Assembly (NCBI GenBank): GCA_046050355.1
Contig: JBJOPW010000004.1
Span: forward strand, 5,800-69,799
Length of the DNA stretch: 64,000 bases
Origin: Candidatus Parcubacteria bacterium
GTDB lineage: Bacteria; Patescibacteriota; Minisyncoccia; Phycocordibacterales; UBA918
Reading direction: 5' to 3'
The notes under the pieces are model-generated. The model saw nothing but the letters and a program-made list of their open reading frames with translations. It ran no database searches and was not told the origin of the DNA. Position numbers and translations under genes: made by a program. Within the stretch, counting starts at the first letter, position 1. Each line of letters opens with the position of its first letter. Positions 9,606-17,771 of the stretch are shown one piece after another.

Positions 9606-10760
9606 TCAATGCCGTGTCACCAGAGAGAACGGCTTCGAACGTTCACCTGAAACCATGATTTGTGCATAAGCATGATGGTTCGGAAGTCCAATGAGGTCCG
9701 CTGGAGATACCCCTTGCATTTGAGCGGCAATCACCGGGGCATCCAGTGCTCCGACACGAAATGCAAGCGTGCTGCCGACGTTCCCCATGATGGCCTCGAA
9801 CACCGTTCTGTCTGCCTGGAGGGTGTGTTGATGAGCCAACGTGATAGCCACACCGTACTTCCGTACCTCGGAAAGCATTCCTGCGAAGGCGGTCGTCGTA
9901 AATGAGTGGAACTCGTCCACGTATAGCATGAAGGGTCTCCGGCCACCTTCCGCGACACTCTGTCTGCTGAAGGCTGCGTTCATAACGGCTGATACGATCA
10001 GCCCTCCAAGAACGTTTGCGATGTCGCCACCGATTGCACCCTTGGCGAGGTTCACTACAAGAATTTCACCGTTGTCCATCAAGCGCCTGAACCGAATGGG
10101 CTCAACAGGTTCGCAGATCGCCGAGCGAACGACAGGATGAGACAGGAACGCCCCTAGCTTGTTGGCAATCGGGGCAACGCCATCGACGGCGTTCTTGTAG
10201 TTCATCGTCGGATATTCGACTTCCCAAAAGTAACGCACCTGAGGATCGGTTATGCGGTGAAGCACTCGCTTCTGAAATTCTCGCTCGATCAGCAACCTGA
10301 CGACTTCGCGGATGTCTGCCTGCGGCTGCTCAAGCAACGCCAGAATTGAGTAACGAAGTAGGTGCTCCATGCGGGCACCCCAAGCATCCTCCCATTGACG
10401 TCTGAGTGCTTCGATGAGGCCAGAGCATACGAGTGGGCGCAACGATGCCTGGACGGGACGAATAGGGTTGTAGCCCAGACCGCAGTTTGGGTCGGCAAGG
10501 TTCCAGAAGTGGAGCGGACGCTGCACAGTCGCTGATAGGCTCAGGGCGAGATCGCCGTGCGGGTCGATCACACAGAAACCGCGTCCCTCGGCAACATCTG
10601 CCTCAGCGAGGTTCCTGATCAGGGTAGACTTCCCGGTTCCGGTCTGACCGACAACGTACAGGTGAAGAAGCCGGTCCGAGAGTGCGATGGATACTGTTTT
10701 CCCGTCCTGGCGACCGGAAAGGAGCCCAAGTACGGACGCATTAGACTGTGTGTTGTTCAC
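9606..10760 (-). CDS. Type IV coupling-protein-like ATPase (TraD/TrwB/VirD4 family, soluble form)
   Basis: Walker A VVGQTGTGKST, a Walker B-like MLYVDEFH, and a C-terminal TLAHQ motif. Paralogous to the 13887 gene. Confidence 0.6.
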   Translation of the reverse strand: MNNTQSNASVLGLLSGRQDGKTVSIALSDRLLHLYVVGQTGTGKSTLIRNLAEADVAEGRGFCVIDPHGDLALSLSATVQRPLHFWNLADPNCGLGYNPIRPVQASLRPLVCSGLIEALRRQWEDAWGARMEHLLRYSILALLEQPQADIREVVRLLIEREFQKRVLHRITDPQVRYFWEVEYPTMNYKNAVDGVAPIANKLGAFLSHPVVRSAICEPVEPIRFRRLMDNGEILVVNLAKGAIGGDIANVLGGLIVSAVMNAAFSRQSVAEGGRRPFMLYVDEFHSFTTTAFAGMLSEVRKYGVAITLAHQHTLQADRTVFEAIMGNVGSTLAFRVGALDAPVIAAQMQGVSPADLIGLPNHHAYAQIMVSGERSKPFSLVTRH

Positions 10761-10980
10761 GCTGTCAGTCTGCCGGACTAAGCGCGAGATCCAAAGACTA
10801 TGGAAGCTCGGAGATCGACCTGTTCGGAAGCCCTGAGATGTGACTTAGCAAATTTCCAAGGACTTTTTGGAGGGCAAGCGGGCCCCGATAATGAGGGCAG
10901 ACCGATCTTTTGCTCATCGCCTTTCGTAGGGTCTGCCTGAAATCACTTCGGGCAGCGACCCAAGCGGAAGGAGATGAAGA

Positions 10981-11514
10981 ATGGGCTACGCTGTAGAAGA
11001 CGACGAACTGGGTGGTATCGGCTATACCCCGACCTGCAAGAGTTGCGGTTCCGAACATGTATCCAAGGATGCTTGGGCCTGTTGGAATCCGGCTACTGGG
11101 ATGTGGGAACTCGAAACCACTTTCGATCATGAGTACTGTCATGTGTGCGAGGCCGACACGTCGTTCACCTGGCAGCGAGTGGAGAGCGTTCCATCAAGGC
11201 GCGTTCGGGCCTTGAATGACAGGTTCCGCAAGGAAGGCGGAAAGGAACGGTCGGTGGTCGTCACCTCCGGCGTTCTGGCGCTCGGGACAGACTTCCTTGT
11301 CGCCGCGCTCGTAGCCATCCGGGACTTCGACAGCTTCACTGACGACAATGACCCCTGGGGCGAGCATGACTACGGGAAGGTCACCATCCACGGCCAGCCC
11401 GTCTTCTGGAAGATCGACTACTACGATCTCAACCTCGCGGGACGCTCATCCAATCCCGCCAACGACGGCGAGACGCATCGCGTACTGACCGTCATGTTGC
11501 CAAGCGAGTACTAA
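10981..11514 (+). CDS. Hypothetical protein, DUF3768-like (plasmid/ICE-associated)
   Basis: 177 aa with DPWGEHDYG...FWKIDYYD motifs, recalled from ICE-borne proteins. Weak assignment. Confidence 0.35.
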   Translation: MGYAVEDDELGGIGYTPTCKSCGSEHVSKDAWACWNPATGMWELETTFDHEYCHVCEADTSFTWQRVESVPSRRVRALNDRFRKEGGKERSVVVTSGVLALGTDFLVAALVAIRDFDSFTDDNDPWGEHDYGKVTIHGQPVFWKIDYYDLNLAGRSSNPANDGETHRVLTVMLPSEY

Positions 11515-11907
11515 GATCCCGCCTCCCACTGTGGAGGCGGTTTTCGCAATGGCATGTCCGAGACGTCAAGACCCTGAACGTGAAAGAGCACGGCCATGAG
11601 TTCGTCTTCACGAATAGACTGTGACCAGTGCTCAGCCGGTTCTTGTCGCTGTCTAGCCAAACGAGCGGGAATTTCGATATCCTGATACTCGGAACGATAG
11701 AAGGTAGCCTTGGCGTTCGTAGCAAGGTCGGACTGGCGTCAGCCGGAAGGGTGGCAACCCTTCCGGGGTGAAGCGCTGGTACGAGGCCTTGTCGACGACC
11801 GATCACCAAGGCCACCAAACATGCTGAACCGGCACATTGCGCCTTCTAGGTGCTGAGGGAGCATCGACATACACTGCTTGTATTATCAGCAGTAAGTCAC
11901 AAACCAA

Positions 11908-12258
11908 ATGTCCACCGAGTTTGCCCTGGACCTGCGCCTCGCGCGCCGGAAAGCAGGCTTCACGCAGCGCGACTGCGCACATTTATTAGCGATCTCTCCG
12001 TCGGTCTTGTCACAGATGGAAGGCGGCAAGCGCCTGCCGAGCATTCTTCAGATCTGCATGCTGTCCGTCATCTACGGTCGATCCTTCGAAAGCCTTTTTG
12101 GCTTTCTTCTTGACGAGGCTCGTGCCCAGCTCCGGACGCGCATTTTGAGCTTGCCTGAAGATGTCCGTCACTTCGCCGGGACTCGCAACCGCGACTACAG
12201 CATCGACCGACTGGCGCAGCGCTTAGCAGATGAGCAAGACGTACATGGCGGCGCTTAG
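11908..12258 (+). CDS. XRE-family helix-turn-helix transcriptional regulator
   Basis: LRLARRKAGFTQRDCAHLLAISPSVLSQMEGGKR is a canonical XRE HTH. Confidence 0.6.
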   Translation: MSTEFALDLRLARRKAGFTQRDCAHLLAISPSVLSQMEGGKRLPSILQICMLSVIYGRSFESLFGFLLDEARAQLRTRILSLPEDVRHFAGTRNRDYSIDRLAQRLADEQDVHGGA

Positions 12259-12727
12259 GATACTCTCCATTGCGGCAGCCACTGGTCGGATAGCGTACGT
12301 CTATTTGATCGGCGATCGGCTGATGGACTGGCGCATTTCAGACAAGGCTAGTTCGTCTGCGCAAGACGCGAGAGAAGCATCGGCCCATTGGATCGAGACG
12401 CTCCGTCCGGACGTCGTTGTTACGGAGATTCCGGTGTCGAAGACTCGAAAGGGCGACAACACCAGACAGTTGATCGAAGCAATGGCTAAAGTGGCCGAAG
12501 AAGCGGATGTACTGGACGTCAAAGTCACCCGAGAGCAATCCTATGCGAACAAGTACGAAGAGGCCGCTGCATTAGCAGAGAGCTATCCGGAGCTGCTGCC
12601 GTGGGTCCCACGCAAGCGCCGCTTCTTCGACAACGAGCACCGCAATACCGTGCTCTTTGAGGCTTTGGCCCTAGCGCAAGCAATCGTTCGGTCGCCTGCA
12701 ACTACCCTTGGGGCCGCGATGGGATAG
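12230..12727 (+). CDS. Hypothetical protein, co-transcribed with the XRE regulator
   Basis: 165 aa; overlaps the upstream gene by 29 nt; no recognised domain. Confidence 0.35.
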   Translation: MSKTYMAALRILSIAAATGRIAYVYLIGDRLMDWRISDKASSSAQDAREASAHWIETLRPDVVVTEIPVSKTRKGDNTRQLIEAMAKVAEEADVLDVKVTREQSYANKYEEAAALAESYPELLPWVPRKRRFFDNEHRNTVLFEALALAQAIVRSPATTLGAAMG

Positions 12728-12802
12728 TTCACAAAGACGAAATTGTTGACAGGCTGCAACATGGTGTTGCAGCTTTTTTGTACTGGTATTTAGGAGGTAC
12801 CC

Positions 12803-13357
12803 ATGCGCTCATATCATGCCGCTCGCGCGGTTTTTTCTCTCTTCTCTGGGTTGGCCTGGACCGTGATCCTCATCGGAATTCTTGCTGTGTTTCTAGGCAT
12901 TGCACGGGGACGCAGCATAAACCCGTACAATCCAGACCTAGGAGCTGCCGTGGTCGCAATACCCGGAGTCTTGGCTGTCGTATTTGGCTTGGTTATGCTG
13001 GTAATGGCTCAGATGGGCCGCGCCGGGGTTGATACCGCAGAGTATTCTCAGCAGATGCTGCAGGCATCGCGGGATCACATGGAAGTCTCACGACAACTGG
13101 TTCGCCAAGGCGAAAAACTCGAACAGGGCTATGCTGCTCTTGCGGCGAAACTCAGCATACCCCCGTCGGTTTCGTATGATGGTCGCATTTCCACAGCGGA
13201 AGCGTCTTCTTCTGCGGCACCCGCAGCTACACCGCTCTCCGCCACTGGCGAAGGTACGACGCAAAAGGTGGGCTACAGCGACCGGCTCCAGATCGAACAG
13301 GGTATCCCGATGACCACCCTCCAGGGTGCTGACGCGAAGTCTACCGCGTCGTCCTAA
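12803..13357 (+). CDS. Hypothetical membrane protein
   Basis: 184 aa with two N-terminal TM helices and a Ser/Ala-rich C-terminus. Confidence 0.35.
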   Translation: MRSYHAARAVFSLFSGLAWTVILIGILAVFLGIARGRSINPYNPDLGAAVVAIPGVLAVVFGLVMLVMAQMGRAGVDTAEYSQQMLQASRDHMEVSRQLVRQGEKLEQGYAALAAKLSIPPSVSYDGRISTAEASSSAAPAATPLSATGEGTTQKVGYSDRLQIEQGIPMTTLQGADAKSTASS

Positions 13358-13530
13358 TCCCCACACCGGAACACATCCTCTATGGGGACTCTGTATGGGG
13401 GTACATACCGACACATCCTTGGCCATAGCTTCTCAACTTCGTCCCTCAGATCATCCTGACATATGCCACCTTCGTGGCATAGGCTGGTCGGCACCTAGGC
13501 CGACCAGCCGCACCATTACCTGGAGCTTCG

Positions 13531-13890
13531 ATGCGAATTTCGATCTCTCACCATGATGTCCGTAAGGGACTATTGTTCAGGAAGACTATGCACGAAGTCC
13601 ACTTGTCGGTGGCCTTCACCCACGAAGAAAAGCAGATTGTGCGCCAGCGCCGTCTAGGGGATCAGGTCATCCTGCAGCGCCGTCCGGCGAACGCCAAAGT
13701 TGATGATCGCGACAGTAAGTTCGTCCTGCGACTAGGTGACCTGCTTGACGGTCGTACCGACCGCTTTCTCCTCGCAACACCATCTGCAGCAAAAATCTAC
13801 GAGGAAGACCTGATCCGAATGTTGGCCCAAGTGAAGCTTTGGATTTCAGACAATGCAGAGACCGCAGGTCGGACGGTGATTGAACTTTGA
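13531..13890 (+). CDS. Hypothetical protein
   Basis: 119 aa; its stop overlaps the start of the next gene. Confidence 0.3.
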   Translation: MRISISHHDVRKGLLFRKTMHEVHLSVAFTHEEKQIVRQRRLGDQVILQRRPANAKVDDRDSKFVLRLGDLLDGRTDRFLLATPSAAKIYEEDLIRMLAQVKLWISDNAETAGRTVIEL

Positions 13891-15971
13891 GCACAGAACG
13901 CGAGATCAAGGAGTTCTTCAACTCGACGCTCGGATTGGGCGTCCTTTTTGTTTTCCTCCTCCTCGGCGTGGTAGTTGCACCGATATTCCTCATAGGGGCA
14001 GCGGTCTATGTAGTGGGTCGCCTTTATCTTGAAAACCCCGCCAGACTGGAGCGGGTAGCGAGACGAGAGACAGAGATCCTATACAATCACGCGCTCGCCG
14101 GGCAAGTTATCTTGAGCCGTGATGATATTGATGAAATCTTGTCAGCTAGCTGGCCGGAAGAATTGCCATTTCCAACGCGTGCACAGCTGCTTGATCTTGG
14201 CTATGAGCTTTTCCGAGACGAGGGACTTAGTCCAGACATTCCACCAGTTCCGGCACTTTGCAACACGGTGGAAGGGGCAAGATACCGCGACCTGCTTGCG
14301 AGACTAGGACAAGCGCGAACGGATCGTGTGATGGTTACCGCCGCTCTTTCGCAAATTGGAGAAAGTCTTTCGGTCGTCGCGCGGGCAATTCCAAACCTTG
14401 ATGGAGATGTACTTGTTTCTGTCTCTCAGTTCTTGGAACCGGTTGGTCCGACCATCGAAGAGATCATTGCGCCCTTTTATAGGGAGACTGGCTATATCCA
14501 TTTCAAGGCTCTGAGGGAACGCCTCGATCAGAACTTGGAACGGACCCATCGGACAAACCCGGTCTTTCCCCGCGACTACAAGGGTACTGATGCGGTTGAA
14601 ACCTACTTGGCTGGTACCCGGCTCAAAGCTCTCTTCAGCATCAAGACGCCCTTTGAGATCCCCGAAGCTTCACGCTTCGAGCATGTGCACATGGTTGCGG
14701 GAACCGGTCACGGGAAGACTCAGACGCTCCAATACTTCATCGCTAAAGACCTCCTCGACGTCGCGCGGCGTGACAAGTCCATTGTCGTCATTGACAGTCA
14801 GGGCGACCTGATCAGAACGATCCTCGCAGCCAAGCACCTTCCCCCCGAGCGCATCGTCTTGATCGATCCGGAGGACATTGCGTTCCCGGTAGCTCTCAAC
14901 TTGTTTTCGGTCGGCCAAGAACGTCTCACGGGCTACAGCGCGGTCGATCAGGAACGGCTCACCAACTCGATCCTGGAGCTCTATGACTTCGTGCTGGGGT
15001 CACTCCTTGGGTCGGGGATGACGTCGAAGCAGAACGTCATCTTCCGCTATGTCACCAGGCTCATGCTTCATATACCGGACGCTACGATCCACACCCTTCG
15101 GGAGCTCATGGAGCCTGGAGGGACGGTGAAGTATCAAGACGCTATCGACCGGCTGGATGGAACCGCGCGCAAGTTTTTCGCCAGCGAGTTTGACGGCAAG
15201 GAGTTCACGAACACAAAAGCGCAGGTCCTACGTCGCCTCTATGGTGTGCTGGAGAACCGTACCTTCGAACGGATGTTCTCGCACCCAACTTCACGCTTCG
15301 ACATGTTCACCGAGATGAACGCGGGGAAGCTCATTCTGATCAACACGGCGAAATCTCTGCTGAAAGAACAAGGCACGGAGATCTTCGGCCGCTTCTTCAT
15401 CGCCCTGATCGCTCAGGCCGCGCAAGAACGTGCCACCCTGCCAGAGTACGACCGGCTCCCGTGTATGGTTTTCGTGGATGAGGCCCAGGACTACTTCGAC
15501 GAAAACATCGGGATCATCCTCAGTCAGGCACGCAAGTATCGGGTCGGCATGACACTGGCACACCAATATCTTGGACAACTGTCTTCCTCGCTTCAGGAGG
15601 GCGTTGAGGCGAACACGGCAGTCAAACTTGCAGGCGGTGTCTCGGCTCGGGACTCCCGTGCTCTTGCAGGACAAATGGGGGCTGACCCCGACATGATCGC
15701 CCGACAGCCAAAGGGAACGTTTGCTGCCTTTATCCGTGGCGTCACAGAGAAAGCAGTCCCGATCTCGTTCCCGTTCTTTGTCCTAGAGAAATCAGAGAAG
15801 ACGACAGACCAAGAGCGGGCCGAAATCCGGACTTTCAGCCGCAATGCCTATGCGCACGCCTGGGATCGTCCCGAAGAAGACCAACAGCCGACGGAAGCGA
15901 ACAGCGACATTCCTTCCGGAGGTTCAAGAGACGACCGCATAGACCCACTTTCTCCTTCCACAGAGCTATGA
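13887..15971 (+). CDS. Type IV coupling protein (VirD4/TraG/TraD family) with an N-terminal membrane anchor
   Basis: N-terminal TM helices, Walker A VAGTGHGKTQ, Walker B MVFVDEAQDYFD, and TLAHQYLGQL. Confidence 0.7.
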   Translation: MSTEREIKEFFNSTLGLGVLFVFLLLGVVVAPIFLIGAAVYVVGRLYLENPARLERVARRETEILYNHALAGQVILSRDDIDEILSASWPEELPFPTRAQLLDLGYELFRDEGLSPDIPPVPALCNTVEGARYRDLLARLGQARTDRVMVTAALSQIGESLSVVARAIPNLDGDVLVSVSQFLEPVGPTIEEIIAPFYRETGYIHFKALRERLDQNLERTHRTNPVFPRDYKGTDAVETYLAGTRLKALFSIKTPFEIPEASRFEHVHMVAGTGHGKTQTLQYFIAKDLLDVARRDKSIVVIDSQGDLIRTILAAKHLPPERIVLIDPEDIAFPVALNLFSVGQERLTGYSAVDQERLTNSILELYDFVLGSLLGSGMTSKQNVIFRYVTRLMLHIPDATIHTLRELMEPGGTVKYQDAIDRLDGTARKFFASEFDGKEFTNTKAQVLRRLYGVLENRTFERMFSHPTSRFDMFTEMNAGKLILINTAKSLLKEQGTEIFGRFFIALIAQAAQERATLPEYDRLPCMVFVDEAQDYFDENIGIILSQARKYRVGMTLAHQYLGQLSSSLQEGVEANTAVKLAGGVSARDSRALAGQMGADPDMIARQPKGTFAAFIRGVTEKAVPISFPFFVLEKSEKTTDQERAEIRTFSRNAYAHAWDRPEEDQQPTEANSDIPSGGSRDDRIDPLSPSTEL

Positions 15972-15989
15972 TTTTGCTAGCATTTCCTT

Positions 15990-16871
15990 ATGGGAAAGCT
16001 GGATGCTCTCGGTCGCGCAACATTCCATCACATAGCTGAACAATCAGCTGTGCGGGTGACGAATCGCGAGCTTGCTTGGCTCGCGCACATCCATCGACAT
16101 GGCCCCCAGTCGTCCACAGCGCTGTATGATTTGACGGTTTCCACGCACCGCTGCCGCGACACTAGTCTCCGCGCCCTTCAGCGGCTTCGTGCTGGCGGTG
16201 TCCTTTCACTCCCTCGCCAACAGCGCATGACCGAAAGAGCGGAGTTCAATCCGTACATTTACGATGTCACTGAGTTGGGCAAAGGCCACTTGGAAAATCG
16301 CGATCTGCTTGAACCCACTCTCCGCCCAAGTGGGCATTGGTGGCACGCTTACGGTGTCGGTGCGATCACAGCCGCCATCGAGCGCCGCGGTGCCGAGAAA
16401 GGCATTCGCTACATACCGCCTCAGTCAATCTTGGCGCGGGCAAGATGCGAACTTCCGCTACCCACACCTGCTGGCATGGTCATTCCGGATCAGCTATTCG
16501 CCTTGGACTACGGCGGCACCTTCAGAGCCTTTATGCTGGAGCATGACCGTGGGTCTGAACCGCTGTCTTCAAAGGCAGCACGTGAAAGCCTGGAACGAAA
16601 ACTTCATCGATACTCGACGGCTGCATCCAGCGATTTGCATCGTCGGCACTATGGCCTGAAGTCGCCGCTTGTCTTGATGTTCACCTTTGCGTCACGAGCG
16701 CGAGCCGCGCGGTTCTTAGACCTTGTCACCACGAAGTACCCGGTACTGTCTTCCATCGTCATCTTCGCCATTCTGAACGACGATGATCCACTGCTTCTGT
16801 GTTCTCGGGACATTGTCTTGGGTCCCTGGCAACGCGGGTCCGGTGGAACTTTCGAGCTATTCCAATCCTAG
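15990..16871 (+). CDS. Replication-relaxation family protein (putative)
   Basis: 293 aa with an N-terminal wHTH-like region; similarity recalled from the Replic_Relax family. Moderate. Confidence 0.4.
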   Translation: MGKLDALGRATFHHIAEQSAVRVTNRELAWLAHIHRHGPQSSTALYDLTVSTHRCRDTSLRALQRLRAGGVLSLPRQQRMTERAEFNPYIYDVTELGKGHLENRDLLEPTLRPSGHWWHAYGVGAITAAIERRGAEKGIRYIPPQSILARARCELPLPTPAGMVIPDQLFALDYGGTFRAFMLEHDRGSEPLSSKAARESLERKLHRYSTAASSDLHRRHYGLKSPLVLMFTFASRARAARFLDLVTTKYPVLSSIVIFAILNDDDPLLLCSRDIVLGPWQRGSGGTFELFQS

Positions 16872-17025
16872 GCCTAACTGGGGAACTTCGCCCAAGCAGA
16901 AGTTCCACTGTCTAGGGCAGGATGCGGCACGACCGTATTCTGAGCCTGGACCGTTCCTTATCAGAGCTATGCCGCAAGGCCTGCTCACTAGGCATGTGTC
17001 CTTTCCCAGAAACGTGGAGATACCC

Positions 17026-17739
17026 ATGACCCTTATGCTGCACACTGGCGGCGAAGCCATCGACTTCGATGACCTTCGTCTGCTTCCAACACCAGAACCA
17101 ACGGCGAGCCATGTCCCGATACCGCACCACTCGGTGGTGGATATGGTCCGCTACGCGCTCGGCTTCTTCGGTCACGAACTGCTCGAAGAGCATCATGCCG
17201 TCACACCCGACGGGATGAACTACTTCGGCGTCCTGTCTCTGCGGTCGCCATATGGTGACTACACCGACATGGTAGGCCTCAGGAACAGCCACAAAAAGCA
17301 GTTTCCAATTGGCATCGCCATCGGAAGCAGGGTGTTCGTCTGCGACAACCTAGCCTTCCATGCTGACCATGTGATCCGACGAAAGCACACGGCGAACGCC
17401 AAACGAGATCTTCCTGGCCTCGTCAGTGAAGTGATCGAGCCGTTGCATTTGGCACGGCGCGACCAAGCGCAGAGAATTGAAAGATACAAAGCCTTGGCGC
17501 TACCCGATGCACTGGCTGATCAAGCCATCATGGCCATGTACCGTCGCGGGGTGATCAACTTGACCCGCATCGGCGACGTTCTGACGATCTACGAGGAGCC
17601 ACCGCATGATTGGGGTGACAAGACGCCATGGCGACTCTTCAATGCTGCGACGTTCGCCTTAATGGGCAAGGTGGCAGAAAATCCCACCCATACCAAACGT
17701 CTACACGATGTAATTGATGGGATATGTGCAAAGGCATGA
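17026..17739 (+). CDS. DUF932-family protein (ICE/plasmid-associated)
   Basis: GGAG ribosome-binding site before the ATG at 17026. Motifs recalled from DUF932. The longer ORF starting at 16783 overlaps the upstream gene. Confidence 0.5.
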   Translation: MTLMLHTGGEAIDFDDLRLLPTPEPTASHVPIPHHSVVDMVRYALGFFGHELLEEHHAVTPDGMNYFGVLSLRSPYGDYTDMVGLRNSHKKQFPIGIAIGSRVFVCDNLAFHADHVIRRKHTANAKRDLPGLVSEVIEPLHLARRDQAQRIERYKALALPDALADQAIMAMYRRGVINLTRIGDVLTIYEEPPHDWGDKTPWRLFNAATFALMGKVAENPTHTKRLHDVIDGICAKA

Positions 17740-17771
17740 AGGAAAAGGACGGCTCTTGAGCCGTCCTTATT

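Noticed and set aside
16783-17025. N-terminal 81-aa extension of the DUF932 ORF
   Set aside because: The extension overlaps the upstream gene end and lacks conservation-like features. An internal ATG at 17026 has a GGAG ribosome-binding site.
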